The position numbers and the translations under genes were made by a program. DNA of 63,291 nt, the filler included, from Conidiobolus incongruus B7586 (Eukaryota): assembly GCA_000697335.1 (NCBI GenBank). It is 7 parts of 7 records of this genome, joined end to end, with 100 filler letters (N's around TTAATTAATTAA, not from the genome) between each part and the next. Parts side by side here need not be neighbours in the genome. Positions count along the whole stretch, not along the records: positions 46,090 to 56,239 come from JNEM01006384.1; positions 56,340 to 63,291 come from JNEM01006386.1; 5 more parts are not named here. The stretch is one strand, 5' to 3'. Under the pieces are notes generated by a model that was not told the origin of the DNA, made no database searches, and was given only the letters and a program-made list of their open reading frames with translations. Shown in pieces: positions 52,547 to 63,291 of this stretch (position 1 is its first letter; each line of letters begins with the position of its first letter).

Positions 52547-53087
52547 TGTGCCTCGGTTATTAACTCTTGGAGCATCATCGAGGATACTGATACAGCCATT
52601 CTGTAAGCCATGGTGTAAAGCGTGGCACCTACCAACTAGGGTAAACTACCGATGATCAGTTCTCTGGCTATCCGGCCATGATCACTTGTAAAGGGGGCGT
52701 TGAAAAGAGTGATTAGACCAGTAGCAACAGTGAAATTGTGAGGACCCGGCATACTAAGGGGACGGAATCACAAAATATCAATAGGAACGAGTGTAGAGGT
52801 AATAATGGAAGTTTACTCAAGTGGAGCTCTAGATGGCTACTTGCGTATACTAAGAATGTGGTTTTTAGAAATAGGGAAGAAAGTTTATTTATAAAGAAGA
52901 AGAAGGGAGTGAGAGATTCCTTCTTATAATTAAGTGAAATATATAGGCATAAGTATGGAATGACCGAATAACTTCACTGTTATTCGGACATAGACTGGTA
53001 GAAAGTTGATAAGGCCTAATTTAGTTAATAGGGACTTGGTATTGAATGAGTGACAAAAGGTATCAATTAAGTAACAATTATCGCACA
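52547..53087. mobile_element. Older solo LTR (541 bp), different family
   Basis: Terminal inverted TGTGC...GCACA. Removing the younger LTR restores flanks CTCAC (52240-52244) and CTCAA (53088-53092), a 4/5 TSD match. GC-rich block with a sharp edge against AT-rich DNA. Confidence 0.75.
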
Positions 53088-54090
53088 CTCAATAATTAAA
53101 ATACAGATTTTTATTACTCTTCAATATAATACAAGTCACTTTGTTTCCATAGATTAAATATTTCAACCAATGTATTTACTTGATAATTAGATTCTTTCAC
53201 AATTTAGATCTTTAAACCTCATTGTCATTAGTAGTCTGTTTTTAATTATATGTTTAAATTTAATATTCATTTTTAACCATTTTGCAATAATATTTACTAA
53301 TAATATCAGTTTTCTCTGTGAATATTAAATTTACACCAAAGTATACCACATATAAAACACATTTTAATAAATAATATATATCATATATTTACTCTAGCGA
53401 TTCATGCTATTACTGAATTAAAATTTTTAATATTTCTATTATTGATTAGATTAATATCAATATCATTAAATTTTACAATTGCAATATTGAATTCAGCAAA
53501 TAGATGTAAAAAATATATATATTCTAATGTTCCATTGATTTAGTTTCTAAATATTTATATATAATAAAAAAATTTTACACTAGAATATTATTGATATTCT
53601 ATTCAAATTAAATAATATTTTTCTTAGTGATATCGAATTCTTAATATCATTGAAATCAATTTCAAAAAATTTGCTGAAATTTAAAAACCAATAATTAGCG
53701 CGAATAATTTACCTGGATTAAGTATAACTTGATGAATCGATATCTATTCCATTGATTTTTGATTAAAAATAATATATGATTTATGATTTTATTAAAAAAA
53801 TAGCATGGTTCAGAGCCTGTTTATCATACCTATTCTTTAGCCAACCTACAGATAATTTTGATTATCATTTCAAGCCACTTATATATAATTAGATAATTTA
53901 ATGATTCGATTCGAATTAAAATGAATTAGGTGATATAAATGTATTGATGATAATACAAGTTTTATTTAACTAATACAGTCTATCATTAACACAGTGATCT
54001 GTTATGAAGATCAAGACTACATATATGATATGTATATTAATTGACAATATTCGATATAATCTTGAATTTCAAAAACAGTTACTTTAAAGT

Positions 54091-54830
54091 ATGAGCTTGG
54101 AAGGAGTAATAGCAGAGCAAGCAACAATAGGATTACGTATTACAGGCGGTACCATTGTAAATCCTCCTTTCAAACATCCCTTTACAGTACTATTATGGTA
54201 CAAAGGCCAGGCAGCGCGTGGTTGGTCGCTTATAGTGTCTAAAAATTCTTACTGCGACACATTGTAGAATTGGGAATTCTTAAGATTGGAATGCTAAAAT
54301 TCATCGCCACAACTTAACAAAATCAAATGAGGAAGAAAGCAGAAAGACATTTCAGGCATATTTACGTGTGCACCGTTCCAGCTACAATCCACGGACAATT
54401 GAAAATGATGTTGCAGCATGGACCTTGTTGGGAAATGTCAGAACGCCATACTATGCTACCTTGGATGATGGTACTTTTGGCAACAGGAAAAATACTCTTC
54501 TCACGACGGTTGGATGGGGACGAGAAAGCTTCAATGACCCAATGCAAAGTATGCTTCGTCAAGTTGAGGTACCAATTGTAGATATGAATGTATGCCAATA
54601 CAATTAATATCCTCCTAAAATGAATATTAACTCTAATGTTCAACTGTGTGCTCGATATGCTGAATGCATTCGTGATACTTGTATAGGAGATTCCCGAGGC
54701 CCTGAATTTGCTATAACAAATCACGATTGGGTCATAGTAGGGTTGAAAAGTTTTGGAATTGATTGTGGTCTCCCAAACACTCCTAGAATCTATAAAAAAG
54801 TTGTAGGGGTGAGAAGATAGATTTAGTATC
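54091..54830 (+). pseudogene. Trypsin-like (S1A) serine protease pseudogene
   Basis: R|ITGGTIVNPPFKHPF, ILTATHC, IENDVAAWTL, VGWG, DTCIGDSRGP, VGLKSFGIDCG. Frameshifts, an in-frame stop at 54605-54607, and GDSGGP changed to GDSRGP. Confidence 0.88.
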
Positions 54831-56989
54831 AAATGTGGAGAAGATATAAATTTAGGGATTAATATAAAAATAGTTTTAACATAATGTTTGGAATAATTTT
54901 ATTTGTTTAATTGTTAGCAAATATAAAGTCAACTGGTTAAAACCTCAAAATTTAAAATGATACAATGTATAATGCTTATATATGAGATAGATATATTTTT
55001 ACTAAAATAGTAAAATAGTGAAATAAATCAAAGTAATAATATTAGAACATTTAAATTGAAAATAATATACTTACCAATTATACTACAATGAGCAAATTAT
55101 CACTATCAGTAATTTGAACTATTATTATAATCGAATATTACTGCAACTTGGTATATTATATATAATATTATATTGCATATTTATAATTACAATATCACTA
55201 TATTAATCAATGATTGAATAAAAATTTCAAAAATATTTTGAAATTATTATTAATACTTGTTTTATTTCTAAAAAAACTAAAATATAAAAATATTTCAATT
55301 AATTAGTTTTTTCAATAGCACAACTTACAAATATTTCAAATATTAGAATAATGATTACTTTTGCAAATATTAAATATCATATTAAGAGATACCAATTTAT
55401 TATATAAATTGTGATTATAGGAAATATAAATATTTAATCAAATATTATAATACTAATAGAATTTCAAATTAATCCCAGATATTTTACTATATTATAATGA
55501 TTAAATGAATAACTTTATATAATTTTTATTAAAATCTAAATATATAAAACTTAAATCTCTGAAATGAATTTTAATATTAATATTATAGTCAAATTTAAAT
55601 TATAAATTAAGAATTTTTTGATTTAAAATGAAATAAATATATTTTTTAGGCTAATATGATATCTATCATAGAAGTTAAATAATAACTAGTTAAAAAATTT
55701 TATTTATAATATTGGCTACCAAATCCATAATATTTCAAAATTAATAATTTTATAATAATATATATATTTTTATTTTATTATTTAAAAAAATTTGATAATT
55801 ATTACACTAGTTCAAAAAGAAAAAAATAATAAATATTTTAATTTCTGATTTTTCAATCATATTAATATTTTTAATAATCAATTATATATAAAATAAATAA
55901 GATAATTTAAATTTTGAAATTATATATTCTTTTATGAATATTTTTGATTTAAATATTTTTAATCAAAAATTTCAAATCAAATTTAATTATATTTATATTA
56001 AATTATAATTATTAAAAGTCTTTTATATTGATATTCTTAAAGTTCAATTATAAACCTTTTTATCACTTAAAATTTATATTTAACTTATGAATATAATATT
56101 TTATTTAAAGCTACTTATTATTGATATTAATTTTTTTAAACCTTAGAAAATTAATTTCTTTTTTATTTATTTATATATTTAATAATAAATAGATTTATTG
56201 AATAATATTTTTTCTATTTTAATTAAAAAAATATTTTAANNNNNNNNNNNNNNNNNNNNNNNNNNNNNNNNNNNNNNNNNNNNTTAATTAATTAANNNNN
56301 NNNNNNNNNNNNNNNNNNNNNNNNNNNNNNNNNNNNNNNTAAAATTTATTTATATAATATTATAAATAACTTATAAGTAAAAATATATATCTTTAAATCA
56401 AATAACAATATATATATAATTAATATATATTAAAAATAAAATATAACTTTTAATTGATAATAAATTAATATAATATAAATAAATATAGAATTAGTTATTT
56501 GATAACTTTTTAATTATTAAAGGAAAAAAGAAAAATTATAATATTCCTTATTTCTTTTAAGATTATATATTATTTATTTTTTTAATTATTTATATTAACC
56601 TGAATTTATAAATGCTTCAAGCTATTATTGATATCAAAATTAGGAATTATTTAAATTATTTTAATAATAATTATGAATTTCACTAGTTGAATAATTTTAG
56701 GGAATATTATTTTCAGTTATCAGTGCCTAAGATCAATTCATATTTATTTCTCCTTGACACTTATATAATTAAGATTAAAATAATTAGAGAGTTATTTAAT
56801 TAAAATAAAAACTAGCTTTTAATATAATTTCATATTTTATTAATTATAAAAAGAATAATAATAAAAATTAGGCTTTCAAATTTCAATAAATTTAGATAAT
56901 TTCCCTTCTGGCCCTTGAATGACAAATCCAGCTATAAAATATTAATTATAGCTAATGGACTAATTTCATAAATTACTTGTTAACTTTAA

Positions 56990-57135
56990 ATAACTTTAAA
57001 GGGTTTATGGTTGAGTTTTAATGATATTGGAATAAAAAACCATGGATGATTATTATTTAATTTAATTATTATTAATTATAATATCAAATATTTTAATCTA
57101 TTTTAATAAGAAAATTATTATATATAATAATATAT
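56990..57135 (-). mobile_element. mariner N-terminal fragment
   Basis: gggtttatggttgagttttaatgatattggaataaaaa matches about 60001-60040. Confidence 0.5.
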
Positions 57136-58329
57136 ATTTTGGTTAATATTTTAAATTCTATTTTAATCAAATTTGAAATTTGAAAGTTATAACATTTTTA
57201 AAAAATTAAAAATTAAAAAAATATATTATTTTCTAAATTGATAAATAATAAAATTTTATATTAAAATTTTTAGTTTTAATTTAACAATTGTTTTAAAATA
57301 ATTAATTTCAAGATAATTAGAATTCATCTGACTAAATTCTAAAATTAATGGATTAACATATTTTAAAAAAATAATATATTGCTAACTTTATAGGAAAATA
57401 TATATTCACATCATATTAAATTTTATATTAGAATTATTTATATATAATTAATGTTTAAGTATAATTTAACCTTATATATATTAATAAAATAAAATATTTT
57501 AATAATATATTAATCAAAAATTGAATTTGATATAATATTTGGATATAGTTTACTAAGCTTTTTATATCATTAAAGCACAGGAAATACGATAATAAATTAT
57601 AAAATACGAAGTGGATTCCAGCAAATCAAAATGAAGATTAGAAAATAGGGCTTGAAAAACAAAATTTTGATGAAAAAATAATTTAAAGGAATAAATTAGT
57701 ATAGAAGATTAAATAAGTACAAAATGATACAATATATACAAATTGTTAAAAAGGGAAGTGAATACTAGGTGCAACGGCCGCTGACGGCGTTCCAAGGTAC
57801 TCAAATCTATCTAACCCGTTTCCCGCATAAACTAAGATCCTACCAAAACCTTGACCAGAACATAATTAATAACTCTATAGTTAATTGATCATGAGTTGGT
57901 AAGTTAAAATAATTAGAACATTGGACTACTGTTAAAAGAACAAAACACCATACATTGAGTGAAAGCTCACCTTATAAATGAAATAACACTAGGGGAAGAT
58001 TTTTGAAGTTAATAATCAAGTCATATAAATAGGACAAAAGACAAGTTGATAAGTCCCACAAAATAAATGGTCATCAAATTTATAAACAGCTAAAAGGGAG
58101 GAAATATGGTTTATAGTTAAGATTTAAGACAGAATGCAAGATACTAACCTTATTTAGTCTTATAATTGAATTATTTAATATATGGAAAAAAATTAAGATA
58201 TATAATATTAGTATGGAAATTAAAAAATTTGCCATTTTTTAATTTCTGATCTTTCAAACATATATGTTTTGAAGGATTATTTATATATAAAATATATAGG
58301 AAAATAATTATTTTTAAATTATATATATA

Positions 58330-61201
58330 CTAACTTGCAAAAATAAGTCATAAAATTAAAATTACTTATATATTTACATATATCTTTAAATTCTTAATTA
58401 AATGGATTTAAATTAAAATATATAATTTACCTATATTAATTAATTATAACTAACTATATTTGATCATATTTCATTAATTATTGGTTAATATATTAAAACC
58501 TAAAATTTAACCAAGGTGAGTTATAAATTTATAAGTTTATAAGTTAAAAAGATATAAATAACAAAACTTATATAAATTTTTTTTCTTTTGTTATATTATA
58601 TATATTATATAACTATTAAGTTAATAATTTAAAATTAATATTATAATGCTTAAATCTCTCTCTAGAAAAGTTTACTTATCTATTAATTAATCTTATAATA
58701 AAAATTAATTAATTTATGAGATTATTAGAATTATTAATATTAGTTATTTATTATAATTAAAGTCATTAAGAATAATATTAAAAAAACATTTAAATTAAAA
58801 CTTAAGTATATTAAAAATATAAATAAACATAATAATAAATATATCTGTAAATTAGTTAATATAGGTAAATATAATATTATTATAAAAGTATAATAAGAAT
58901 TATAAGATTATATAAGAATATTAGTTAGTATTAATATTATTACTCTGCATTTTTAATAATGGGAATTTTTTGCAATTAAAAATAAATAAACATTTGAATA
59001 TATGATATATAAAAATAAATATATAAAATAAATTTAATAGTTTCTTTTATTATTAATAACTTTTTGCTATACTTTTAGCAAACTTCTAATACCTAAAAAA
59101 CAATTCTTTTTATTAAGGACTGAAATTTAATGTTTCACAAACCAATTAAATTTTCCTGCAGAAATTTTCTTTCCTGCAAGCTGGTTTTTTAATTGCCTAA
59201 AGCAATTATAATCACATAGGTTATAATCAGGGGAATATACTGGATGTGGTAGTTCTTTCCAGTTATTTTTAATTAGAAAGTTTTTTACAGCTTTAGATTT
59301 ATGTATTTTGCAATTATCATGCAAAATAATAGGTCTTCTCAAATTATATTGAGAACACCAATTAGAAATACTTTTATTTAAAAAAGCAATATATAGTTTA
59401 CTATTAATTGATTTTCCTTCAGGAACTAAATAAGAATAGCATATACCATTATAATCCATTGCAATAATTAATATTTGCTTATTAGCAAAGTGTTTATTTA
59501 AAGGGATTTGTGGAGGGGGTTGATTTAGCTTAATCCAGCATCTTGATTTGTGTTTTAATAAAGGATTATACATAAGGATCCAAGATTCATCAATTGTAAT
59601 TATTCACTGTAAAAGTCTAGGCTTCTGGTAATATTTCAATAGGTTTTGTTTAGCAATAGCTACTCTAGCTTTTTTTTAAGCTTTAGTTAAATTATAAGGT
59701 ACCCATTTTGCATTTTTATTTATTAATTTTAGTTTAAACTTTAAAATATATAAAATACTTGTAAGACTAATATTAAAGTGCTTAGATAATTCTCTAGCTG
59801 AAATAAAAGGGTGCTTTTCAATATATTTTTTCATTTTATTTACAATTGAAAGAGTGACAGTTGAAGTTAGTCTTCTAGATTTTGGCAGGTTTTGAATAGT
59901 TTCTTTCCCAGCCTTAAAGTAATTTACCCAGCAATAAATTGTTGATTTAAATAATGCTTCATTACCAAAAGCTGCTTGTAAATTTTGAATAATTTTAGAG
60001 GGTTTATGGTTAAGTTTTACTGATACCAAAATAAAAAACTTTTGATGATTACTATTTGGTTTAAGTATGATTAAATTAAACAACCAATTTTAAAAAGTTA
60101 ATTTTTTAATCAAAAAAACTAATATATATATATATATATATTAAAAATATATAATTTCCTATTAACTTTGTATATATTTATTCATTTCAAACTAATAATA
60201 TGTTTGAAAAATCAGAAATTAAAAAATTTCCCATTATTTCAAATTCAAGGTAATATTATAGGTGTTTTATGTTAGAATAGATATTACTTATATTTTAAGA
60301 AAAAACACCTTTAATTAAAGAAGTTTTATTATAAAATTAAATAAAAGTTTAAATGTAAATACTAAAATTAAAGCAGAAAAAATTAATATAAAGCTATTTA
60401 ATTTAATAAAAAAATATTTTAAAAATTTAATAAAAAAGTTAAATGTTTCAAAAAAGATAAAAAATTATTTTATAACTATTATATTATTATAACTCAAAAA
60501 TACAATGGTAGGTTGATTATAATATAAGGATATATATTATCTTTAAATATATGGTTTTTTTATAAAACTAATAAAGGAATTAATATTAAGATATATTAAA
60601 ATATTTTAATTAATAAATTGAAAAAAATTATTAAATGATATAAGTTAAATATTTTAAATATTATTTTCTAACAAAATAATACCTTTTGTTATAATATAAA
60701 TTCTATTATTAAATAGCTTAAAAATAGCAAAATAATTATTATAAAACAATCTCTTAAATTTTTTAATCTTAATTTAATTGGATATTTTTAAGAACAATTA
60801 AAAAAATTTATTAAAACTTTCCCCCTAATAAAAAATTTAAATTAACCTTAAAAATATATTTAAAAAGCTTAAAATAATATTAATTCTATTTAATATATAA
60901 AGTTAATTAACTCTATACCCTATAAATTTAAAAAAGTTAAAAAAAAACATAAGGTAGATATAATAGATATTAATTTTTTTATTAATACTAAAACTTATAA
61001 ACTTATAACTTATCTTAAATATATTTTTAGTTTTAATATATCAATTATTAATTAATTAAATTTAACTTTATATATAATATTATAAATAAAAAATATATAT
61101 TAATTACATATTTTAATATAAGTTTATTTAAATTAAATTTAATTAAGATATTAATAGAAATATTTATATTTTTAATTTTATGACTTATTTTTATAAGTTA
61201 A
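58330..61201 (+). mobile_element. Full-length degenerate Tc1 (DD34E) element interrupted by a mariner
   Basis: TA|CTAACTTGCAAAAATAAGTCA...TGACTTATTTTTATAAGTTAA|TA. Colinear with 61406-62974 once 58940-60253 is removed. Confidence 0.88.
58940..60253 (-). mobile_element. Full-length mariner (DD34D) element, 1314 bp, TA TSD; transposase pseudogene 60068-59034
   Basis: Imperfect TIRs of about 30 bp. WVPYNL, TIDESW, LHDN, HPVYSPDYNLCD with 34 residues between D2 and D3. A single 345-codon frame with four premature stops. Confidence 0.95.
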
Positions 61202-61405
61202 TATATATATATATTTAATTATAATAATTTATTATTAAAATATTTTGATTCTAAAATTTATAATTAAATAAAATTATATTTAAACTAAATAATGATTATT
61301 AAAATGCTTTTATTTATATTTTTAAAACTTTATTATAAACTTATTAAAATTATCTAAAACTTGTTAATATCCTATAAAGATGATATTTTATTCAAAATTG
61401 CTATA

Positions 61406-62974
61406 TTAGCCTATAAAAATAAGTTATAAAATAAAAACCACTTATATATTTACCTGTAACTTAAATAATTCTTAACTAAATTAATTTAAATTAAAATATA
61501 TAATTAAACTATATCATTTGATTATAAAAGGTTATATTTAATTATATTTAATATAATATTAATTAATATATCAAATCTTAAATTTTAAATAGGGTGAGTT
61601 ATAAATTTATATGTTTAAAAGCTAAAAGGGTATATAATACAAAAAATTACTTAAATCTTTTTTTCTTTTATTAATATATATATATTAATATTATTATTGT
61701 AAATTATTATTTTAAATAATATTAGTATTAAAATACTTAAATCCCTCTTTAAAAAAATTCACTTATATATTAATTAACTTTATAATAAAGGTAAATTAAC
61801 TTATGAAATTGCTGGAATTACTAGTGTTAGCTAATCTACTATAGCTAAAGCTATTAAAAATTATAGTAAAGATATATTTAAACTTAAATTTAAGTATGTT
61901 AGGATTATAAATAAATATAATGAAAGGTATATTTGTAGGTTGATTAATACAGGTAAATATAATATTGCTATAGAAATATAAAAAAATTTATAAAACTATA
62001 TAAGAATATTAATTAATATTAATATTATTATATATGCTATATATTATAATAGATACCATTTGCACCTTAAGAAAAAACACCCCTAACTAAAGAAATTTTA
62101 TTATAAAACTAGGTGGGAGTTTAAATATCACCATTAAAGTTAAACTAAAACTAATTAGAGTAAGGTTGTTTAGTCTAATAAAACAAAAATATATTTAGTA
62201 AATCTAATGGAAAAGCTAGATATTTTAGAAAAAACAAAGAATTACTTTATAACAATTATGTTATTTCAACCCAAAAATATAATGATAGGTTAATTATAGT
62301 TTAAGGATATATGTTATCTTTTAGTATAAGATATTTTTATAAAGTTAATATAGGAATTAATATTGAGTTATACTAAAATATTCTAAATAATGAATGAAAA
62401 AAAATTACTAAATAATATAGATTAAATAAATTAGATATTATTTTCTAACAAGATAATACCCTTTGTTATATTATTATTTCTATTACCAAATAGTTTAAAA
62501 ATAATAAAATAATAGTTATGAAGTGGTTTTCTCAATCCCTTAACTTTAATCCAATTAAACATCTTTAGGATTAGTTAAAAAAAGTAGTTAAAGCTTTCTC
62601 ATTAGTAAAAAATTTAAATGAGCTTTAAAAATATATTTAAGAAGCTTAGAACAAAATTAATCTTTTTTAATATAAGAAATTAATTAACTCTATACCCTAT
62701 AAACTTAAAGAAGTTAAAAAACAAAAGATAAATATACTAAGTTTTAATTTTCTTTTTATAACCAAAACACACAAATTTATAACTCATCTTAGGTAAAATT
62801 TAATTTTAATATATCAGCTAAAAGTTAATATAATTAAATTAAATATATTTAATTATAATGAAAAAATATAGGTTTATTATACATTTTAATATAAATTAAT
62901 TTGATTAAGAATTAACAGAGTTATTGATAAAAACATATATAATCATAATTTTATGACTCACTTTTGTGGTCTAA
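61406..62974 (+). mobile_element. Full-length degenerate Tc1 (DD34E) element with long IR/DR-type ends, 1569 bp, TA TSD
   Basis: Reversing transitions gives WSDETK (about 62171), FQQDNAPCH (about 62443) and WPSQSPDLNPIEHLW (about 62524), with 34 codons between D and E. Imperfect inverted repeats of about 200 bp. Confidence 0.9.
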
Positions 62975-63291
62975 TATATATATCATTAAATTTATGATTT
63001 AAAAATTCAAAAGGATATTATTTAAAATTAATTAAAATCTAAAAGATTAATTTTTATTATTATTCTTTTAATAATTATTAAAATAAATATTTTATAATTT
63101 AATTAAAGTTTAAAAGAAATTAATATAGCTATAGTCAAATTAAGCTTATTAAGGTATAATTAAAAACTTTTGTTTTTAAAATAAATACATATAATTAATA
63201 GATTTTAAGTTATTTTATATAATGTTATATTGAAAAAAAATTATTAAATTAAGCTAAATTAATCTTTTTTAAATATTCTAATAAATAAATA

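Larger units (their letters stand above)
58220..63100 (+). mobile_element. Old mariner relic split into three pieces (about 58220-58329, 61202-61405, 62975-63100) by two Tc1 insertions
   Basis: The joined pieces align with the reverse complement of the 5' end of 58940-60253 (5' UTR, then remnants of LKPNS...KPSKIIQNL, then TIQNLPKSRRL). Confidence 0.65.

Noticed and set aside
52738..52929. 63-aa ORF
   Set aside because: Lies inside the older solo LTR and shows no coding signature.
54327..54832. ORFs of 84 aa (+) and 156 aa (-)
   Set aside because: Off-frame and antisense readings of the trypsin pseudogene.

Overview
Very AT-rich eukaryotic (fungal) scaffold segment with six 100-nt assembly gaps. 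Short GT-AG introns (about 50 nt), the alpha-aminoadipate lysine enzyme LYS4 and expanded secreted proteases suggest an early-diverging, probably entomophthoralean fungus (Conidiobolus-like; inference). Genes: a 4-exon bacterial-type Mn superoxide dismutase, a subtilisin (S8A) cluster of 3 intact genes and 2 pseudogenes, a gap-truncated cytosolic Hsp70, two orphan secreted proteins, a Ser-rich hypothetical protein, a 3-exon voltage-gated proton channel (Hv1), 5-exon homoaconitase LYS4, an intron-containing tRNA-Tyr, a decayed tRNA-Gln and a trypsin pseudogene. Intergenic DNA holds nested DD34D mariner and DD34E IR/DR-type Tc1 transposons and several LTR elements. Most notable: (1) transposon copies destroyed almost only by C>T/G>A transitions (RIP-like signature); (2) two different solo LTRs inserted in succession 8-10 bp upstream of the tRNA-Tyr gene (Ty3-like Pol III targeting); (3) a bacterial-type SOD carrying fungal introns; (4) an Hv1 with an RxWKxxR S4 and a His-rich S3-S4 loop; (5) a TRIM-like mini-retroelement. 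All calls are by eye; no database searches were run.
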